The position numbers and the translations under genes are program-made. Below, in pieces: positions 47,615-57,791 of a DNA stretch of 64,000 nucleotides. The notes under the pieces were generated by a model. That model was given only the letters and a program-made list of their open reading frames with translations. It did no database searches and had not been told where the DNA came from. The DNA is from an uncultured Bacteroidales bacterium (lineage in GTDB: Bacteria; Bacteroidota; Bacteroidia; Bacteroidales; UBA4417). The DNA lies in the NCBI GenBank assembly GCA_903913645.1, contig CAIWMA010000393.1:10420-74419 (forward strand), in the 5' to 3' direction. How positions within the stretch are numbered: the stretch's first letter is position 1; each line of letters begins with the position of its first letter.

Positions 47615-48262
47615 CTACTGGACAATACTGAAATTAAACATTGGAGTTCCCAACTGGCTCATAAGCCTGACCCAGATCGGTAAAACTTGCTCAGTTCCAC
47701 GGGCAGCTGAAATATCACCAAGATCAATAATTTTTTCCCAGCCGAATGAGCGTATCAAGTTTTCAACTTCAGCTTTGGCGCCGGAATCATTACCACAGAT
47801 AAATACATTCCCGGGATCTTTCAATGCACCAGGATTGGTCATTAACTGGCAATTCATTGTGTTTAACGTTTTAATGACCTTAACATCCGTAAATTGACGC
47901 TGAATAACTTCGCCCAGGGAATCGGTATTACAAACCGATAGTGAAGGTGGCATGCCTTTCGAGAAATCAAGAGGATTAGCCACATCAACAAGAATTTTCC
48001 CTTGCAGGTTTTCGCGACCTGCCAGTTGAAGAGCTTCGAGCGACACCTGACCTAATGTACAATTGAAAATAATTTCGCCGAAAGCGGCAGCATCAGCAAA
48101 CGTTCCGTTTGAGGCTGATTCCCCGTTTAGTTTGGCCCATGCAGTTGCTTTTTCATTACCTGCAGAGCGCGAACCCATCCTGACTTTATGGCCAAGTGAA
48201 ACCAGTTTTGTACCAAGGGTATCACCGACCATCCCGGTTCCAAGTATTGCTATATTTTTCAT
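47615..48262 (-). CDS. NAD(P)-binding oxidoreductase (NADPH-dependent F420-reductase-like, COG2085-type)
   Basis: The realistic start is ATG 48262 (MKNIAILGTGMVGDTLGTKLVSLGHKVRMGSR, Rossmann fold); the upstream extension in the track is hydrophobic junk. Confidence 0.6.
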   Translation of the reverse strand: MKNIAILGTGMVGDTLGTKLVSLGHKVRMGSRSAGNEKATAWAKLNGESASNGTFADAAAFGEIIFNCTLGQVSLEALQLAGRENLQGKILVDVANPLDFSKGMPPSLSVCNTDSLGEVIQRQFTDVKVIKTLNTMNCQLMTNPGALKDPGNVFICGNDSGAKAEVENLIRSFGWEKIIDLGDISAARGTEQVLPIWVRLMSQLGTPMFNFSIVQ

Positions 48263-48429
48263 TGCTTTGACATTTATGAAGTAATAAACACACAAAAGAA
48301 GCAAAAGTTTATAGCAGGAATAAAGTGCTGACAGAATACAGTAATGTATTAATGGCAAATTTTCCGATCTGTATGAAATGTATCAGAGTAAATCCTATTT
48401 TTGCAGCTATTAAATTAAAAGATTTCATT

Positions 48430-48969
48430 ATGGCAGAAATAATTTTAGGAGTGGGTTCACGGGTAAAGCACCCCCAATTTGGCAAAGGAGTTGTGGTACA
48501 GATTCGTTCGGATGCATATGAAATATGTTTCATTGATCATGGAGTAAGGCAAATTATGCGCGATTATGATGGGTTGGATGTTTTCGAAGCTTTGGAAACC
48601 CCTTCGGATCTGGTTACCTACGAAAAAATAGAAAAAAGTCTGGTTCGGGTTTTGCGTCGTTTTAGTGATGTTCAGGAAACTGTACCACTTGGGCAAAAAT
48701 GGACCGGAGGAAAAATGGTTCTTTACCCCGGAGATAAATCGCTCAAAGAAAAGGAAGTTCCTATTGAAACATTTTTCCATAAAATTGTGATGGTTCGCGA
48801 TCGCGTTAGAGTTATGGAACAGCGTATTAACGCAAGCGCGCTTACCGATGAGGAAAAAGTTGATTTAGAACAATATATAACCAGGATTTACGGAAGTTTA
48901 ACAACGTTTAATGTTCTGTTTAAAAATAAAGAAGATCAGTTTACGGGAGAACGAGGGGGGAAGGAGTAA
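48430..48969 (+). CDS. hypothetical protein with N-terminal Tudor-like G-x-R-V-x-H-x-x-F-G-x-G motif
   Basis: Likely start ATG 48430 (MAEIILGVGSRVKHPQFGKGVVVQ). That motif resembles the DUF3553 / UvrD C-terminal small domain; the rest is unassigned. Confidence 0.4.
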   Translation: MAEIILGVGSRVKHPQFGKGVVVQIRSDAYEICFIDHGVRQIMRDYDGLDVFEALETPSDLVTYEKIEKSLVRVLRRFSDVQETVPLGQKWTGGKMVLYPGDKSLKEKEVPIETFFHKIVMVRDRVRVMEQRINASALTDEEKVDLEQYITRIYGSLTTFNVLFKNKEDQFTGERGGKE

Positions 48970-49067
48970 TGACTCAGAAGCTAGGTGTAAGCTGTAAGCA
49001 TTTTCAAATTATATCGATATAATTTTGCATATAAATTCATATCTGGTTAAAGATTGAAATGAGAATG

Positions 49068-49103
49068 AAAGAGCCGCAAATGAGTAATCAGATGCGGCTC
49101 TTT
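49068..49103. terminator. bidirectional hairpin terminator between convergent genes
   Basis: AAAGAGCCGCA-(14 nt)-TGCGGCTCTTT, a perfect 11-bp stem. Confidence 0.7.
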
Positions 49104-49149
49104 GACGTTCATTAAATTAGAAATACTTTTCAGAAAATATTGGACTGTT

Positions 49150-51585
49150 TTAAAATGTTCCTCTCAATGTTACAAATACGTTCCTTCCAGGCGCGTTAAT
49201 TCCACTTGCAAAAGTGCGGTATTGAGTATCGAAGATATTATCGACCCCTGTTTGGATAGTTATGTATTTATATACTTTGTATGAAAGATGTAAATTAACA
49301 GTAAACCAGGCTGGCATTCCTTCAGCCGTTGCATATTCGAGGTTATCCTCAGCACCGGCATCTAATGAATAGTTTTTTAGATGTTTCCACCCATTGTATT
49401 CAACAGAAAAGTCGGAACTGAATTTATGATTTGTATAGGTAAGCATAGCATGGGCCATAATAGGAGGAATATGGTCAAGCGGAGAATCGGAACTGTCGGT
49501 CTTAATTCTTCCATAAGTGTAATCAAAGCCAGCTACCAACAATAGATTGTCAGTGCATTGTGATTTAAAGTTTGACGAAAATCCATAAAGATAAGCCTTC
49601 CCCTTATTCTGGTTTGAATAAACTTTACTCAGCGCTCCATCATACATAATTGAGTCTTTCCCGTTATACGTAGATGCACTTGCAACTATTGCATCGTACA
49701 AGTTGGTATAAAAAATGGAATTTTCCCATTGTGTTTTGTCATTGAAAATTTTCGTGATTCCCAATTCGTAATTTATTGTTTTCTCAGGTTTCAGATCAAC
49801 ATTTGGAACCATGATAGTGCCTGGAGCAGGATCAAAAATTTTGGTTACATCATCCACATTTGGTACACGAAATCCGGTTGAAACCAAAAACGAAATTTTC
49901 ACGTCATCCGATGGCGAGTTGATAATACCTATGCTTCCTGAATATACAGGAGTTTTCTGGTCAATGGTGCTGAAAGGAGGGTTTGCAGGTAAAGGATCAG
50001 GTGGATTTGTAGGATCTGATAAAGTACAATGAAGTGTTGAATATCCTGCCCTGATTCCATCAGTAAGCGTTAACTGATTGTTGATTTTCCATGTATCAGA
50101 AATATATATCGCATAATTATTCATCTTATTTTCTCCATCTGGAAAACGGGTTGCAAATTTTGCAATTTCGCCGGTACCTATATCTTTCTTATTGGCTGTT
50201 GATTTTAATCCATTTAATTGAACATCAGCTCCAAAACGCATATCGTGTGCCTTTATCTTTTTCTGGAAATCAAGATTTGCGCCTACAACATTCACATTCT
50301 CAATCCGGTTTTTTAACCATTTATCGCCAAAATTCCTGTTATGCCTACTTTCTTCCAATGCCTGGTAGTTCAATCCTAAATGTATGGATTGGAATGTTCC
50401 TTCCGGATTTTTAAGATTAAAATCGTATGATGTCAGGAGGCGTGATTGAGGCCCGTAGTACCATTCCGCACTTTTAAGGCCATTGCCACCGGCACCTGGT
50501 AAGGTGAGTCTGTCATATCGGGGAACATCGGATGAATTGGAATATTGAATGTTCAATCCATGTGTTATGTGTTCGCCTTGTTTGAATGCAAATTTTTGTA
50601 AGAGATCATATTGCGAGTATGCACTTTGCACCTGCAGGTAACGATCGGCGTTTTTCACCACAGAATCCTTTCCGTTTATCCTCTCAGCATAGTTAGGCCT
50701 TTCGCCATAACTTTCAGTATAAAACGGATTCTGATTCCTGCCTCCTCTTAAATCTCCAAAATTTGAAAAAGTGAATGACGTAAGGGATGCTAATTTTTTC
50801 CCACCGATATTAAAATCCGCATGTACTGCAGATTCATTATCCACACTGCCATAGCGATACATTGCATTCGCTTTCACATTCAATTTATCACCTGTTGCAA
50901 AAAGTGGTTTTTTTGTATATAAATGAATAACTCCGCCAAGAGCGTCACTTCCATATACGGTTGATGAGGGACCATAAAGAATTTCGGCTCTTTCAAGGTA
51001 ATTGTTATCTGTTTTGATGAGATCCTGCATGTGCCCTCCACGATAAATAAGATTATTCATTCGTACACCATCTATTTCCAGGAGAACCCGGTTTCCTTCA
51101 AAACCTCTGATATTTGGGCTGCCACCGCCAAGTTGGCTTTTCTGCACGTGAATATTGCCGCCATTTCCAAGAAGGTCGGCTGTTGATTGTGCCTGTATAT
51201 TTGCAATATCCTGAGCAGTGATCACCTGAATCTGCTGGGCAACTGTTTTCCGCGTTTCTTCAACTTTATTTGCTGAAATAACCACCTCATGGAGGTTAAT
51301 TGCATTATACGAGAGATAGACAGTATTTCCGATTTTTTCTACTTCGGACTTTTTGAATTCAATCTTGATAAAAGAAAGGTGAGAAAAAGTAAGCTCATCA
51401 CTTTCCTTAAATTGAGAAAGATCCGCACTTCCATTATTATCGGTTGTAACTGAAGTTGATTTGCTTGTGTTGTAAATCAGGCAGTTGCTTACTGGAAGAA
51501 GGTCCGACTTGCTGATTACCCGGACCTGTTGAGCAAAAGATGCTCCAGCAATAAGCAGTAATACTAAAGTAATTAGTTTATTCAT
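49150..51585 (-). CDS. TonB-dependent receptor with N-terminal carboxypeptidase-regulatory-like domain
   Basis: 811 aa with a signal peptide. CarboxypepD_reg-like VRVISKSDLLPVSNCLIYN..TDNNGSADL, plug domain (GGSPNIRGFEGNRVLLEIDGVRMN), and a beta-barrel ending in ...VFVTLRGTF. Confidence 0.9.
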   Translation of the reverse strand: MNKLITLVLLLIAGASFAQQVRVISKSDLLPVSNCLIYNTSKSTSVTTDNNGSADLSQFKESDELTFSHLSFIKIEFKKSEVEKIGNTVYLSYNAINLHEVVISANKVEETRKTVAQQIQVITAQDIANIQAQSTADLLGNGGNIHVQKSQLGGGSPNIRGFEGNRVLLEIDGVRMNNLIYRGGHMQDLIKTDNNYLERAEILYGPSSTVYGSDALGGVIHLYTKKPLFATGDKLNVKANAMYRYGSVDNESAVHADFNIGGKKLASLTSFTFSNFGDLRGGRNQNPFYTESYGERPNYAERINGKDSVVKNADRYLQVQSAYSQYDLLQKFAFKQGEHITHGLNIQYSNSSDVPRYDRLTLPGAGGNGLKSAEWYYGPQSRLLTSYDFNLKNPEGTFQSIHLGLNYQALEESRHNRNFGDKWLKNRIENVNVVGANLDFQKKIKAHDMRFGADVQLNGLKSTANKKDIGTGEIAKFATRFPDGENKMNNYAIYISDTWKINNQLTLTDGIRAGYSTLHCTLSDPTNPPDPLPANPPFSTIDQKTPVYSGSIGIINSPSDDVKISFLVSTGFRVPNVDDVTKIFDPAPGTIMVPNVDLKPEKTINYELGITKIFNDKTQWENSIFYTNLYDAIVASASTYNGKDSIMYDGALSKVYSNQNKGKAYLYGFSSNFKSQCTDNLLLVAGFDYTYGRIKTDSSDSPLDHIPPIMAHAMLTYTNHKFSSDFSVEYNGWKHLKNYSLDAGAEDNLEYATAEGMPAWFTVNLHLSYKVYKYITIQTGVDNIFDTQYRTFASGINAPGRNVFVTLRGTF

Positions 51586-51717
51586 GAATAATAATTGATT
51601 TTATGAAATGTGATACACTACAACTACCTACACGAATGTGTAAAAGTTGAAAATCTGCAACTTTCCCGGCCTGATTCAAAAAGAATCAGAAAGAAGAATA
51701 GTTTGATGAATGAAAAA

Positions 51718-52251
51718 TTAGCTGAATTGCTGTGGAGGAGGAGATGAAATTTGAATAGCAGGCCCTTTATAAAAGGCTTCGGAACAAAATAGAGCTGATG
51801 AAAGAGTAATCTCTTTAGCATGAAATGGCTTTTCGGTTACAATTCCGGTTTTAATGATTTTTTCAACAATAAATCTTGCGGTATTTTGAACCGGTATCGG
51901 CTGATTATTTGAATTGATTATCCTTGTTTGTGCGATTAAAGATTCTTCTTCATTGTCGTGAATACAGACGTATTTAATGTACCTGCTATCAAATACTTTG
52001 CGCACTATATCGTACATTTTACCATCAACGATGATTTCTCTGTCGTTCAAAATCTTTAAACGGGAGTTTTCTTTACTTTTAACAAATACAAAGTAGGTCA
52101 GATGCTTGTCTGGAAAAGTTGAAATCTGAGCCCATTTTTGATGTTGGATGGCAACTTTCATTACCGAAAGTACAAGGAAATATCCTAATGAATTATAAAT
52201 CAATAATCCACAGAGTAATATTGCCGATATTTTATATGCACTTTTTTGCAT
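51718..52251 (-). CDS. hypothetical membrane-anchored protein
   Basis: 177 aa with one N-terminal TM segment (ISAILLCGLLIYNSLGYFLVLSV). No family I recognise. Confidence 0.45.
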   Translation of the reverse strand: MQKSAYKISAILLCGLLIYNSLGYFLVLSVMKVAIQHQKWAQISTFPDKHLTYFVFVKSKENSRLKILNDREIIVDGKMYDIVRKVFDSRYIKYVCIHDNEEESLIAQTRIINSNNQPIPVQNTARFIVEKIIKTGIVTEKPFHAKEITLSSALFCSEAFYKGPAIQISSPPPQQFS

Positions 52252-52363
52252 GCGACAAAAGTAATCAGATTTTATGAAACTATCTGCTTTTGGTTTTGTT
52301 TAAATTAAAAGTTCAACGTAATTTAGTCGTTGCAAAATATCAAGTTATTTAAATAGAATCAAT

Positions 52364-54625
52364 ATGTTGTTTGACATTGAACTGGTCAGGAAAGTCTATT
52401 CATTGCTACCTTCCAAAATTGAAAAAGCGCGTAAATCAGTAAACCGACCCCTTACACTCAGCGAAAAAATTCTTTTCAGTCACCTTTGGGACGAATTACC
52501 AGCAAAGCCTTACGGCAGGGGAGAAGACTATGTTAATTTTGGCCCCGATCGCGTTGCTATGCAGGATGCAACTGCGCAAATGGCTTTATTGCAGTTTATG
52601 ACTGCAGGCCGCAGCCATACAGCCGTTCCCAGCACGGTGCACTGCGATCACCTTATTCAGGCATCGGTAGGTGCAAGTGCCGATTTAAGTGTTGCACTTT
52701 CACAGAATAAAGAAGTGTACGATTTCCTCGAATCGGTATCCGCAAAGTATGGAATAGGATTCTGGAAACCCGGAGCAGGAATTATCCACCAGGTAATTCT
52801 GGAAAATTATGCTTTCCCCGGTGGAATGATGATTGGTACTGATTCACATACAGTTAATGCCGGCGGACTAGGCATGGTTGCTATTGGAGTCGGTGGCGCT
52901 GATGCCATGGATGTGATGGCCGGAATGGCCTGGGAACTGAAAATGCCGAAACTTATCGGTGTTAAACTAACAGGGAAATTGAATGGCTGGGCTTCATCCA
53001 AAGATATTATACTGAAAGTTGCCGGGATTCTTACCGTGAAAGGTGGAACCGGTTGTATTGTTGAATATTTCGGCAACGGTGCCGATTCTCTTTCTGCCAC
53101 TGGAAAAGGAACAATTTGCAATATGGGCGCGGAGATAGGAGCAACCACTTCGATATTTGGCTATGATGCTAAAATGAGTGATTACCTGAAAGCCACGGGC
53201 CGTGAAGAAATTGCAACCCTGGCTGATGGAATTATTGATGATCTTCGTGCGGATGCAGATGTTTATAATTCACCTTCAACGTATTTTGACCAGGTTATTG
53301 AAATTGATCTGAATACTTTGGAACCTTATGTTAACGGACCTTTCACACCTGATGCAGCTTTCCCTATTTCAGAATTTGTAAAAGTGGTTAAAGAAAGAGG
53401 ATATCCTCAGAAACTTGAAGTTGGCCTCATTGGTTCATGCACTAATTCCTCGTACGAAGATATTACCCGTGCAGCTTCTATAGCAAGGCAAGCCACATCA
53501 AAGAACCTGAAAGTTCAGGCTGAATTTGTAATTACTCCGGGTTCAGAATTAATTCGTTTTACAACAGAACGCGATGGTTTACTATCTGATTTTGAAAAAA
53601 TTGGCGGTGTTGTAATGGCAAATGCCTGCGGACCATGTATCGGTCAATGGAAAAGACATACCGATGATCCCGAAAGACGGAATTCAATCATAACATCCTT
53701 TAACCGGAATTTTGCAAAACGTAACGATGGCAATCCCAATACCCATGGTTTTGTGGCTTCTCCTGAAATTGTAACCGCTTATGCAATCGCTGGTGATCTT
53801 TGCTTCAATCCTTTAACAGATTACCTGGTTAACAAAGCAGGTGAAAAAGTTAAACTGGATGAGCCCCAGGGCATTGAATTACCTGTTGCAGGTTTTGATG
53901 TTGAAGATGCCGGTTACCTTGCACCACCTGCTGATGGATCAGGTATAACTATTTCGGTGAAACCAGATTCTGATCGACTTCAGCTACTTGAACCTTTCGG
54001 AGCATGGAAAGGCACTGATTTGCTGGCTCTTCCATTGCTTATCAAAGCTAAGGGAAAATGCACAACCGACCATATTTCGATGGCTGGTCCATGGTTGAAA
54101 TACCGAGGACATCTCGATAATATTTCCAATAACATGCTGATCGGAGCATTGAATTTTTTTAACGAAAAGACAAACCTGATTAAAAACCAGTTAGATGGAG
54201 AGTATGATACCGTTCCTGCAACAGCTAGAGCTTATAAAGCCGCCGGATTAGGTTCGATAGTTGTCGGCGACGAAAACTACGGCGAAGGCTCGTCCCGCGA
54301 GCATGCAGCCATGGAGCCTCGTCATTTGGGCGTTAGAGCAATACTGGTAAAATCGTTTGCCCGTATTCACGAAACCAACCTGAAAAAACAGGGAATGCTG
54401 GCGCTCACCTTTGCCAATAAAGCTGATTATGAGCTTATAAGGGAGGATGATCGCATTGATATAACAGGATTAACTTCATTTACGCCGGGTAAACCCTTAA
54501 TCCTTGTCTTAAATCATTCGGATGGAACAATGGATCAATTCCCTGTAAAGCATACGTATAACCAAATGCAGATTGACTGGTTTAAAGCCGGTGGAGCACT
54601 GAATTTGCTGAGGATGAGTTTGTAA
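52364..54625 (+). CDS. acnA: aconitate hydratase (mitochondrial-type, ~750 aa)
   Basis: Aconitase signatures [25 protein letters not shown] and [10 protein letters not shown], plus the swivel domain [10 protein letters not shown]. Confidence 0.95.
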   Translation: MLFDIELVRKVYSLLPSKIEKARKSVNRPLTLSEKILFSHLWDELPAKPYGRGEDYVNFGPDRVAMQDATAQMALLQFMTAGRSHTAVPSTVHCDHLIQASVGASADLSVALSQNKEVYDFLESVSAKYGIGFWKPGAGIIHQVILENYAFPGGMMIGTDSHTVNAGGLGMVAIGVGGADAMDVMAGMAWELKMPKLIGVKLTGKLNGWASSKDIILKVAGILTVKGGTGCIVEYFGNGADSLSATGKGTICNMGAEIGATTSIFGYDAKMSDYLKATGREEIATLADGIIDDLRADADVYNSPSTYFDQVIEIDLNTLEPYVNGPFTPDAAFPISEFVKVVKERGYPQKLEVGLIGSCTNSSYEDITRAASIARQATSKNLKVQAEFVITPGSELIRFTTERDGLLSDFEKIGGVVMANACGPCIGQWKRHTDDPERRNSIITSFNRNFAKRNDGNPNTHGFVASPEIVTAYAIAGDLCFNPLTDYLVNKAGEKVKLDEPQGIELPVAGFDVEDAGYLAPPADGSGITISVKPDSDRLQLLEPFGAWKGTDLLALPLLIKAKGKCTTDHISMAGPWLKYRGHLDNISNNMLIGALNFFNEKTNLIKNQLDGEYDTVPATARAYKAAGLGSIVVGDENYGEGSSREHAAMEPRHLGVRAILVKSFARIHETNLKKQGMLALTFANKADYELIREDDRIDITGLTSFTPGKPLILVLNHSDGTMDQFPVKHTYNQMQIDWFKAGGALNLLRMSL

Positions 54626-54642
54626 TTAACTGGATATTTCTG

Positions 54643-54680
54643 AAAGAGCCACTTTCCATTACAACGGAAGTGGCTCTTTT
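54643..54680. terminator. bidirectional hairpin terminator between aconitase and 54705..55748
   Basis: AAAGAGCCACTTTCC-(8 nt)-GGAAGTGGCTCTTTT, with a one-nt bulge. Confidence 0.7.
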
Positions 54681-54704
54681 ATTTTAAAAAATGTCTTGTC
54701 TCGT

Positions 54705-55748
54705 TTAACTCTCCTCCTTAAAAAACAACTGGTAAAAGTACATTCCCGACTCCTGGTCGAAACCTCTAACAATTTGCTGGTTATCACCATGTACATATAT
54801 ATGGAAATTCTTATCCAGCTTTATAATACTGCGGAAAAACTTGGATTGTTTTTTTACAGCCGCTGCTGAAATGTCAAAATTATCAGTGAGTTGAACGCCA
54901 TTTTCAACTTCGAATTCTGTTTTATAGGATTTAAAACTGCTGATCATATCAGGAGCCTGCATCACTTCGTTGGCAAAATCATCCATTCCGAAAGTATCAT
55001 TCTCTTTGAAGAATTTCACTGATTTATTTAGTATTTCAGCCTGGTCAGCTTTAGAAACTTCAAATTGCTCAGGAAATTTTTCTACGACAAACTTCTTGCA
55101 CATGCTCAGCACATTTTTAGTCTGGTAGTACTCGTCGTTACGAACAAGTACATGCAAAAAATGATCGATCCAGTATTGCGCTTCACCGCCTTTGTTCAGG
55201 TTATCAACTACTGAAACCAGGTAGCCCTGATCCCGTTCGGTATTGAAAATCAGGCAGCCTTTATCCAGTTTATGGATGTTGACCCCAGCTTCACTTTCAA
55301 CTGAAAATCCGTCGTTCTTTTGATAAACTTTCAGAAAAGTCTCTTTTGTTTCCGACTTAAACAAACCAACAGCATCCATAGTTTCTCCGTCTACAATACA
55401 ATCGCGGAAATGTACAACGTATAATTCCCCGCCCTTTACTTTTGGATGTACTGACTGTTCGTACAGGTGTTTAGCCAGGTTTACGGATTGATCAAAAAGT
55501 GTTTCAGGATTGTTGAAAATAGCAGAGACATAGGAATATACCTCGTTCAGTTTTAAATCCGATTCGTGGTACAGGTTATAATATTCATTTGATTTAAAAG
55601 GCGAAAAGAAATACGTCAGCAGCAGGTCATTTATACTTTCGTCGGTCCGCAATTCGGATTTTGAAAAACGTATGCCTTCGTTGTTTAGTTTATTACCTAC
55701 ATTATGAAGGGCAATGGATTGGATTTCAATTTGTTCAGTTATAATCAT
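54705..55748 (-). CDS. nucleoid-associated protein (NdpA/YejK-like, NA37 family)
   Basis: 347 aa. The N-terminus IQSIALHNVGNKLNNEGIRFSKSEL and the overall size and charge pattern fit the family as annotated in Bacteroidota. This is a call from memory, not a search. Confidence 0.55.
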   Translation of the reverse strand: MIITEQIEIQSIALHNVGNKLNNEGIRFSKSELRTDESINDLLLTYFFSPFKSNEYYNLYHESDLKLNEVYSYVSAIFNNPETLFDQSVNLAKHLYEQSVHPKVKGGELYVVHFRDCIVDGETMDAVGLFKSETKETFLKVYQKNDGFSVESEAGVNIHKLDKGCLIFNTERDQGYLVSVVDNLNKGGEAQYWIDHFLHVLVRNDEYYQTKNVLSMCKKFVVEKFPEQFEVSKADQAEILNKSVKFFKENDTFGMDDFANEVMQAPDMISSFKSYKTEFEVENGVQLTDNFDISAAAVKKQSKFFRSIIKLDKNFHIYVHGDNQQIVRGFDQESGMYFYQLFFKEES

Positions 55749-55801
55749 AGTTTCAGTTGCAAAGTATACTTCTTAATTATATCAAAAAAGGTTGGAAGCC
55801 G

Positions 55802-55846
55802 GAAGTCCGAAGACGGAAGCAATTTTAACCTCCGACTTCGGACTTC
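55802..55846 (-). terminator. long hairpin (16-bp stem, one mismatch) after the phosphoglucomutase-family gene
   Basis: GAAGTCCGAAGACGGA-(13 nt)-TCCGACTTCGGACTTC. On the minus strand a T6 run follows about 14 nt later. It is embedded in GGAAG-rich DNA. Confidence 0.5.
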
Positions 55847-55867
55847 TGATTTCTTACTTCTAGCTTT

Positions 55868-57616
55868 TTATTTCAATCCCATAGCCACAATAATTTCTTC
55901 AATACGGCCATCGAGTCCGGCTTCAACTTTCTTGAAATCTGCCACAGCCTTGAGGTCTGCTCTTACGCTGAAGTAGAATTTGATTTTAGGCTCGGTGCCT
56001 GAAGGACGCATGGAAATCTTGCTGCCATCAGCAAGGAAGAACTGAAGAACATCGCTCTTCGTTAAAGTAATAGGTTTAACTTTTCCAGTTGCAATATCTG
56101 TTTCCTGGCTAAGTTCATAATCGTTCATCGTTTTAACCTTTGAACCGGCAATTTCCTTTGGTGGGTTAGCGCGGAAGCCTTCCATCATTGCCTTTATCTC
56201 AGCCTGTCCACTCATGCCTTTTCTAACTACATTTACCAGGTTTTCTTTGTACAAGCCATATTCCAGGTAAATATCGAGAAGCAATTCATAAAGGCTTTTC
56301 CCTTTGCTGGCGGCCCAGGCAGCACACTCTGCAAATATGCAGCAGGCAGTTACAGCATCTTTATCACGGACAAAATCGCCGATCATAAAACCATAGCTTT
56401 CTTCGCCGCCACCAATAAAAGTTTTCTTTCCTTCATTATTCCTGATCACTTCTGCTATCCATTTGAATCCGGTTAGCACATCAAAATATTCAACTCCGGC
56501 GCTCCTTGCTATATCACCGATAAGCTCAGTAGTAACAATGGTTTTAACGATATATTCGTTGCCGGTGAGTTTGCCTTTAGCCTGCCATTGTTTTATGAGG
56601 TAGTATGTAAGTAGGGCAGCAGTCTGGTTCCCGTTGAGTAAAATATAATTTCCATCGAGGTCTTTCACTCCAACGCCAATGCGATCGGCATCTGGATCTG
56701 TAGCTAATACAAGGTCAGCATCGATGGCACGGGCTTTATCCAGGGCCATCTGAAGGGCAGCTTTTTCTTCAGGGTTAGGAGAAACAATGGTTGGAAAATT
56801 TCCATCAGAAACAGCCTGCTCCTCAACAATATGGATATTTTCGAAGCCGTAATCTTTCAGCGCTTTTGGTACCAGGGTTATTCCAGTTCCATGTAAAGGA
56901 GTGTACACGATTTTCATGTTCTTTTGAGGAACAATAACTTCAGGTGCCAGCGAATAGCTTTTCGATACTTTCAGGAATTCTTTGTCAATGCTTTCGCCTA
57001 TAATATTGATCTTCATTGCATCACCGGCAAAGTTTACGTCTCCTATAGATGCGATTTTCTGAACTTCTGTGATAACATTTTTGTCGTGAGGCGGAACCAG
57101 TTGTGCGCCGTCGTTCCAATACACTTTGTATCCGTTGTATTCCTTCGGATTATGTGAAGCTGTGATTACAATCCCGCTGTGGCAATGAAGGTAACGCACT
57201 GCGAATGAAAGTTCAGGTGTGGGGCGTAGATGTTCGAAAAGAAAAACGGTTATCCCATTAGCTGATAAAACCTCAGCAGCGATTTTTGCAAAATAAGTGC
57301 TGTTATTTCTCGAATCGAATGCTATGGCTAGCCTGATTTCATTATCCTTTGCAAATACCTTTTTCAGATAATTTGCCAGACCTTGCGTAGCCATTCCAAC
57401 TGTGTATTTGTTCATTCTGTTTGTTCCGTCGCCCATAATGCCGCGCAGCCCGCCGGTTCCAAATTCAAGATCACAATAAAAACTTTCAGCCAGTTCGGCA
57501 GGATCATTTTCGATCATCCGACTGATGCGTGCTTTAGTTTCGTTATCAATATTTTTATCACATAGCCAGGCCTCAGCTCTTTTTAAAATTGCAGGGGCAA
57601 TAGGTGTATTTGCCAT
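55868..57616 (-). CDS. phosphoglucomutase/phosphomannomutase family protein
   Basis: 582 aa. Active-site TASHNPKEYNGYKV, metal loop ATDPDADR, sugar loop GGEESYG. Confidence 0.9.
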   Translation of the reverse strand: MANTPIAPAILKRAEAWLCDKNIDNETKARISRMIENDPAELAESFYCDLEFGTGGLRGIMGDGTNRMNKYTVGMATQGLANYLKKVFAKDNEIRLAIAFDSRNNSTYFAKIAAEVLSANGITVFLFEHLRPTPELSFAVRYLHCHSGIVITASHNPKEYNGYKVYWNDGAQLVPPHDKNVITEVQKIASIGDVNFAGDAMKINIIGESIDKEFLKVSKSYSLAPEVIVPQKNMKIVYTPLHGTGITLVPKALKDYGFENIHIVEEQAVSDGNFPTIVSPNPEEKAALQMALDKARAIDADLVLATDPDADRIGVGVKDLDGNYILLNGNQTAALLTYYLIKQWQAKGKLTGNEYIVKTIVTTELIGDIARSAGVEYFDVLTGFKWIAEVIRNNEGKKTFIGGGEESYGFMIGDFVRDKDAVTACCIFAECAAWAASKGKSLYELLLDIYLEYGLYKENLVNVVRKGMSGQAEIKAMMEGFRANPPKEIAGSKVKTMNDYELSQETDIATGKVKPITLTKSDVLQFFLADGSKISMRPSGTEPKIKFYFSVRADLKAVADFKKVEAGLDGRIEEIIVAMGLK

Positions 57617-57791
57617 GATATGAATGATTTATATTATTATAGCAGATTGATGTTTACTCTTACAAACGTAAGGAAATTATTTGGATCAGAAGCGGCTGGC
57701 AGTGAAAATTTAATGCCGTCCGATGCTGTTAATTGTCGGATATTTTCGAATATAGTTAGATGGAATCATTTAGAAGGAATACACTATTGTT

